A DNA stretch of 64,000 nucleotides from Candidatus Kapaibacterium sp. (lineage in GTDB: Bacteria; Bacteroidota; Ignavibacteria; Palsa-1295), in contig JBBQWV010000019.1 in NCBI GenBank assembly GCA_038210275.1, forward strand, positions 5,965 through 69,964, read 5' to 3'. Shown one piece after another: positions 59,138-64,000 of this stretch. The position numbers were made by a program, and so were the translations under genes. Every line of letters starts with the position of its first letter. Position 1 is the first letter of the stretch. Below the pieces are notes generated by a model. It did no database searches. It was not told the DNA's origin and saw only the letters and a program-made list of their open reading frames with translations.

Positions 59138-60175
59138 ATGAAGCATTATTCAAAGAAGGATTTCCCTATCTTAATCGCGATTCTTTCATTGCTAATCTGT
59201 ACTTCGGGATTTTGCCAGCAATCAGGTTATAAGCTCAAAGGAACAACACTACTCGGAGGCGATGGTGGGTGGGATTATATTTCGTTCGAAGAAACCGCAA
59301 GACGTCTTTATATTTCCCATTCTACGCATGTCATTGTTTACGATGTCGATAACTCTAAGATCGTCGGTGATATACCGAGCACGGAAGGTGTACATGGAAT
59401 AGCTTTTGCTCCGGAATTTAATCATGGTTTTACATCGAATGGCAGAAGCAATTCCGTTTTGATGTTCGATCTAAAGACACTCGACACTTTAAAAAGAATA
59501 ACTGTCGGCGATAAACCGGATGCAATCATTTATGATCCGTTTTCAAAAACTATTATTGTTTGCAATGGTAAGAGTGAGAACGCAACATTCATCAATGCAT
59601 CCACCGGAAAAGTTACAACAACACTTCCATTAGGCGGAGGTCCGGAGTTTGCTGTCTCCAATGGAACTGGTCATGTCTTTATTAATTTAGAAGTTAAGAA
59701 TGAAGTCGTCGATATTGATATGAAAAAAATCAAAGTTCTTCATCATTGGAAACTTGCTGGTGGAGAAGCCCCATCAGGCATTGCGATGGATAAAAAGGCT
59801 CACCGGCTTTTCTGCGTATGCGCCAATAAACTGATGGTCGTTGTAAATTCCGATAATGGAAAAATCGTCGCCAAACTTCCTATCGGCAAAGGAGTTGATG
59901 CAGTAGTTTTTGACGAAGATAAAGATGTTGCAATCAGTTCGAATGGAGACGGGACATTAACAGTTGTCCATGAAAGCTCACCAGATAAATATGAAGTCGC
60001 TGAGACTGTGACAACAAAGGCTGGCGCCAGAACCGAAGCGTTAGATGAAAAGACACATGATCTCTATCTCATCACGGCAGATTTTGGCGGTACACCCGAA
60101 GCGACAAAAGAACATCCGCATCCGCGCCCTTCTATTCTTCCCAATACATTTAGCCTGTTAAAATTCGGGTATTAG
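59138..60175 (+). CDS. YncE-family beta-propeller protein
   Basis: GGDGGWDY, GVHGIA, PDAIIYDP, GARTEALD. Confidence 0.88.
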   Translation: MKHYSKKDFPILIAILSLLICTSGFCQQSGYKLKGTTLLGGDGGWDYISFEETARRLYISHSTHVIVYDVDNSKIVGDIPSTEGVHGIAFAPEFNHGFTSNGRSNSVLMFDLKTLDTLKRITVGDKPDAIIYDPFSKTIIVCNGKSENATFINASTGKVTTTLPLGGGPEFAVSNGTGHVFINLEVKNEVVDIDMKKIKVLHHWKLAGGEAPSGIAMDKKAHRLFCVCANKLMVVVNSDNGKIVAKLPIGKGVDAVVFDEDKDVAISSNGDGTLTVVHESSPDKYEVAETVTTKAGARTEALDEKTHDLYLITADFGGTPEATKEHPHPRPSILPNTFSLLKFGY

Positions 60176-60179
60176 AATA

Positions 60180-61055
60180 TCACTCGATGATCATCGAACG
60201 CATTGAAATCGAACCTGCCTGAGTTTTGGCATTGAAGAAGGAGATATTCTCATTTTTCTCTTGCAATGCAATGGCATAAAGCATTGGAAGGTAATGCTCA
60301 TTCGTCGGGATGGCAAGCTTGGAGATGGAGCCGTAATCCTGATAATTGATAATAGATTTGTGATCTTTTATTTCCAAAGCTTCTTTGATCTTCTGATCAA
60401 ATTCGATTGCCCAATCAAATCCGTCAGCCTTATCGAAACTCACCATTCGCAAGTTGTGAACGATGTTTCCGCTGCCGATGATGAGTATCCCTTTTTTGCG
60501 AAGTGCTTGTAATTCTTTCGCAAGTTCATAATGATATTCAGGTGGTTGCGTGTAATCGAGACTAAGTTGATACGTGGGTATCTCAGCTTTCGGAAACATC
60601 TTACATAAGACAGACCACGTCCCATGATCGAGTCCCCAATCGTTATCAAGTCCGACCGTTGTTTTCTTTACAATCTCTTTTGTTTGCTTCGCAAATTCAG
60701 GAGAGCCGGGAGCGGGGTATTCCTTCTTGAATAATTCTTCCGGAAATCCCCCAAAATCATGAATGGTCTTCGGTTTCTCCATTGCCGTTACCATCGTACC
60801 GCGCGTCTGCCAATGAGCTGAAATGCAGAGAATAGCGCTGGGCGCCGGAAGCAAACTTCCAACTTTTGTCCATTCGGCAGTGAATTCATTATCCTCAATA
60901 GCATTCATCGGCGATCCATGCCCAACAAAAAGCACGGGTATAATTGCATCCGAATTTTTCTCGGTTGCAAAAACATCGTTCAAGTCTTTTACAGTACTCA
61001 TAGCAATAATTCCTAAAGCGGTATTTTGTAAAAAAGATCGTCTATTCATATTCAT
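60180..61055 (-). CDS. ygiD: 4,5-DOPA extradiol dioxygenase with Tat-like leader
   Basis: FVGHGSPMNA, SAHW, GLDHGTW, GSGNIVHNL, EHYLP; NRRSFL leader. Confidence 0.92.
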   Translation of the reverse strand: MNMNRRSFLQNTALGIIAMSTVKDLNDVFATEKNSDAIIPVLFVGHGSPMNAIEDNEFTAEWTKVGSLLPAPSAILCISAHWQTRGTMVTAMEKPKTIHDFGGFPEELFKKEYPAPGSPEFAKQTKEIVKKTTVGLDNDWGLDHGTWSVLCKMFPKAEIPTYQLSLDYTQPPEYHYELAKELQALRKKGILIIGSGNIVHNLRMVSFDKADGFDWAIEFDQKIKEALEIKDHKSIINYQDYGSISKLAIPTNEHYLPMLYAIALQEKNENISFFNAKTQAGSISMRSMIIE

Positions 61056-61096
61056 AAAAAGAAAAACGCCTTCATCAATTTCTCGATGAAGGCGTT
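61056..61096 (-). terminator. rho-independent terminator downstream of ftsH
   Basis: AACGCCTTCATC/GATGAAGGCGTT perfect 12-bp stem with an A-tract on its left. Confidence 0.8.
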
Positions 61097-61118
61097 AAAA
61101 ATCAAAACAGAGAAATAT

Positions 61119-63332
61119 TTACGCCGGCATCGGAGCAATTCCACCGAGATCTTCTAGGGGTGGAAGCTTTATATTGTCGGCAATCGTAAATTTCTCTTTT
61201 GCTTTTTCAGCAACTGATTTCTTTTCGAACGGTGGCAGCGTTCCGCCGGCAATGATAATATCTATTTCAGCCGCAGTCAAGGTTTCTCTTACTAAAAGCT
61301 CAAGAGACATCCTGTGAAGTGTATGAATATTATCTTTCAAGAGTTTATCAGCGCGATCCATTCCGACCTCGACAATATGACGAATTTCTTCGTCAATAAT
61401 TCTACCCGTTGAATCCGAGAACGTCCGCGTTTGCGACATATCTCTGCCCAAAAATACTTCGTGTTCGGCCTGTCCATATTTCAACGGACCGAGTTTTTCC
61501 GACATACCCCAATCACAGACCATCTTGCGTGCAATATCTGTTGCGCGTTCGATGTCGTTTCCTGCGCCTGTTGTGATGCGGTTGAAGATCAGCTTTTCAG
61601 CAGCACGTCCACCCAAAGCATAAGCAATAACTGCCTCGAGATATTCTCTTGAATAAGTATGCTTCTCATCGATAGGTAAATAACTCGTCACACCAAGTGC
61701 TCGTCCGCGAGGGATGATCGTTACTTTATGAACAGGATCGGCATCAGGGATCATGCGCGCCACAATAACGTGTCCGCATTCATGATATGAGGTTGTCTTC
61801 TTTTCTTCGTCGCTGATAATAAAAGATGTACGCTCAACGCCCATCATCACCTTATCTTTTGCATTCTCGAAATCATGCATCGTAATGCGGTCAACATTTC
61901 TGCGCGCCGCAAGCAACGCCGCTTCGTTGACTAAGTTTGCAAGGTCGGCGCCGGATAAACCGGGAGTGCCTCTTGCCAATGTCTCAAGATCTACATCGCT
62001 TGCAAGCGGTGTAAGGCGCGTATGCACTTTCAAAATGCCTTCTCTTCCGCGAACATCGGGGCGATCAACAACAACTTGTCTATCGAAACGACCCGGACGC
62101 AAAAGCGCAGGATCAAGAACATCAGGACGGTTCGTTGCCGCCATAATGATAACGCCGTTATTCTGATCGAAACCATCCATCTCGACAAGAAGCTGATTAA
62201 GTGTCTGCTCACGTTCATCATGTCCGCCACCAAGCCCTGCACCGCGATGACGACCGACTGCATCTATTTCATCAATGAATACAATACAAGGAGCATTCTT
62301 TTTTGCCTGATCAAAAAGATCACGAACACGCGAAGCACCGACTCCGACAAACATCTCCACAAAATCTGCACCGGAGATAGAAAGGAACGGCACACCAGCT
62401 TCCCCTGCAACTGCACGGGCGAGAAGCGTCTTTCCTGTTCCGGGAGGTCCGAGCAACAACACGCCACGCGGAATCTTGCCCCCTAAGCGCTGAAATTTTG
62501 TCGGCTCTTTTAAGAATTCTATGATTTCCTGTAATTCAACTTTTGCTTCATCTGCACCCGATACATCGGCAAATGTAACTTTAGGTCCTTTTTCGTCGGC
62601 AAGTTTTGCGCGTGATTTACCGAAGGAGAAAATTCCTTTTGGACCGTTCATGCCCTGATTCTGCATTCGGCGCATCAAGAAGATAAAGAAAATCCCGATC
62701 ACGATTAAAGGAAGAAAGCTGCCCAGTCCATCCATCCAACTGGTTGACGTATCTTCCTTTGAAATGATCAAGCCCTTTGCATTCCAAATCTTATACTGAT
62801 CGTTCAGTGTTTCAGGAATAAGGTTCGTTACGACATGCTCAGTAGTAATAGGAGATTTACCGGCAACAGGATTTTCTACTGATTCAGGATGGATAAAAAC
62901 ACCATGAAATTTGTAGGCTGTAAGACCATACTGCTCTATCTTTCCAGACTTGAATTTGCCATCTTCTAAAAGTCTTTGGTAGTAAGTATTGGTAACCTCA
63001 GTTTCAGCCGGTTCGCCATTACCCCTAAAAAGGAAAAATAAACCTGCAACACCAACGAACATCACTGCCCAAAGCAGAAGTGTGCGGAAGATGTGATTCA
63101 AATTTGTGCCATTGCCTGGATCTTGCTTGTTCCCAGGGAGTTTTGGTCCCATGTTACGCTTCGGTGAAGTTTGTTTTTGATTTGGACGCGAAGAATTATT
63201 CCCGTTACGGCTCACAGGTCGCTCTTCCTTCTTGGTTGTGCGTTCATTTACCGGAGCTTTCGGTTCGTTTGCGGGAGTTTCAACATCCGGTTTCATGCCC
63301 GAAGGTTCAGGAATATTTGTCATTTCTGCCAT
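61119..63332 (-). CDS. ftsH: ATP-dependent zinc metalloprotease FtsH
   Basis: [29 protein letters not shown]; two N-terminal TM segments. Confidence 0.98.
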   Translation of the reverse strand: MAEMTNIPEPSGMKPDVETPANEPKAPVNERTTKKEERPVSRNGNNSSRPNQKQTSPKRNMGPKLPGNKQDPGNGTNLNHIFRTLLLWAVMFVGVAGLFFLFRGNGEPAETEVTNTYYQRLLEDGKFKSGKIEQYGLTAYKFHGVFIHPESVENPVAGKSPITTEHVVTNLIPETLNDQYKIWNAKGLIISKEDTSTSWMDGLGSFLPLIVIGIFFIFLMRRMQNQGMNGPKGIFSFGKSRAKLADEKGPKVTFADVSGADEAKVELQEIIEFLKEPTKFQRLGGKIPRGVLLLGPPGTGKTLLARAVAGEAGVPFLSISGADFVEMFVGVGASRVRDLFDQAKKNAPCIVFIDEIDAVGRHRGAGLGGGHDEREQTLNQLLVEMDGFDQNNGVIIMAATNRPDVLDPALLRPGRFDRQVVVDRPDVRGREGILKVHTRLTPLASDVDLETLARGTPGLSGADLANLVNEAALLAARRNVDRITMHDFENAKDKVMMGVERTSFIISDEEKKTTSYHECGHVIVARMIPDADPVHKVTIIPRGRALGVTSYLPIDEKHTYSREYLEAVIAYALGGRAAEKLIFNRITTGAGNDIERATDIARKMVCDWGMSEKLGPLKYGQAEHEVFLGRDMSQTRTFSDSTGRIIDEEIRHIVEVGMDRADKLLKDNIHTLHRMSLELLVRETLTAAEIDIIIAGGTLPPFEKKSVAEKAKEKFTIADNIKLPPLEDLGGIAPMPA

Positions 63333-63467
63333 TTTCTGTTCAAAGAACAGCTGTTTTCATTTTAACAGCCGTTTCTATTCATTATTCGTGATTAATTCTA
63401 CCTATCCGAAATGGGAAACACCCTTTAGAGAATGTGAGTTCGGATAGCCAATCATACTCTATCGCTA

Positions 63468-64000
63468 CTACTCCATTGTACGTCTTAGTTCAAGAGCGGT
63501 TTCGGAGTTAGCCGAAAGCCTTCCGAACTCCGCGCTCCTAATGCCGGGAATCCAGAGGATATGCTCCGGCTCATCACTGAAGACGATTAAAGGCACAAAA
63601 TATTTTAAGCGTTCACTTTTAATGCCGGCTTCGCTGAGAATATCGCTCACCAACCGCGATTTTCCCTTCATACCAAAAGGCTGAATTCTATCCCCATTTT
63701 TCCAGAAACGAACAGTGAGTTTCCTGCCGATAATATCCACATATCTGAAATACGCAGTATTTCCATCTTTGGGCTTATGCCAACCCTTCACTTTTTTTGC
63801 TGAGATCGTGCCAATCGGAGTCATTACCTTCTTACCCATTAATAGTTGATGCTCAAGCTCAGATGGCGCATCAATACACTCAAGAGTAATAAATTTCCCA
63901 TCATGCGAAACAGCTATCTCGTGCGTGATTTGAAAATTCTTTTTCGACGGATAGTTAATGTATGATTCCAAAAGCAAAGAATGCACCTGATCTATCGAGA
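63468..64000 (-). CDS. tilS: tRNA(Ile)-lysidine synthetase, 3' part (truncated by the window edge)
   Basis: VRFWKNGDRIQPFGMKGK...SDIL...VPL...ILWIPG TilS_C pattern; frame open to the window end; upstream of ftsH. Confidence 0.85.
   Translation of the reverse strand, partial: SIDQVHSLLLESYINYPSKKNFQITHEIAVSHDGKFITLECIDAPSELEHQLLMGKKVMTPIGTISAKKVKGWHKPKDGNTAYFRYVDIIGRKLTVRFWKNGDRIQPFGMKGKSRLVSDILSEAGIKSERLKYFVPLIVFSDEPEHILWIPGIRSAEFGRLSANSETALELRRTME

Overview
Chromosomal window from a Bacteroidota/Chlorobi-group bacterium, probably Kapabacteria/Ignavibacteria-like (inferred from four T9SS C-terminal-domain proteins, bshC, gatB, bifunctional PGI/PMI and TAnnTTTG-type promoter boxes). Housekeeping blocks (tpiA-gatB-mpg-fmt-pgi/pmi, recR-ybaB, recA-recX, bshC, tRNA-Arg, kdsC, ftsH, tilS) flank a ~16 kb accessory region (25.1-41.1 kb). 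The most unusual structure is at 38.0-41.1 kb: three diverged direct copies of the 3' tail of a type IIG/Eco57I-like restriction-modification gene separate putative defence cargo (a TIR-domain gene, then an Xre/RES toxin-antitoxin pair), headed by an internally deleted R-M gene, directly upstream of recA. Other highlights: a palindrome AGGTRC-N8-GCACCT shared by recA and a PA0069-family radical SAM gene (candidate SOS-type operator), a structured ncRNA candidate after tRNA-Arg, a duplicated 67-bp promoter/operator motif, an orphan BMC shell-like gene, a giant TANFOR-like/FN3 gene pair and several short intergenic repeat families. All family assignments are by eye from motifs; no database search was run.
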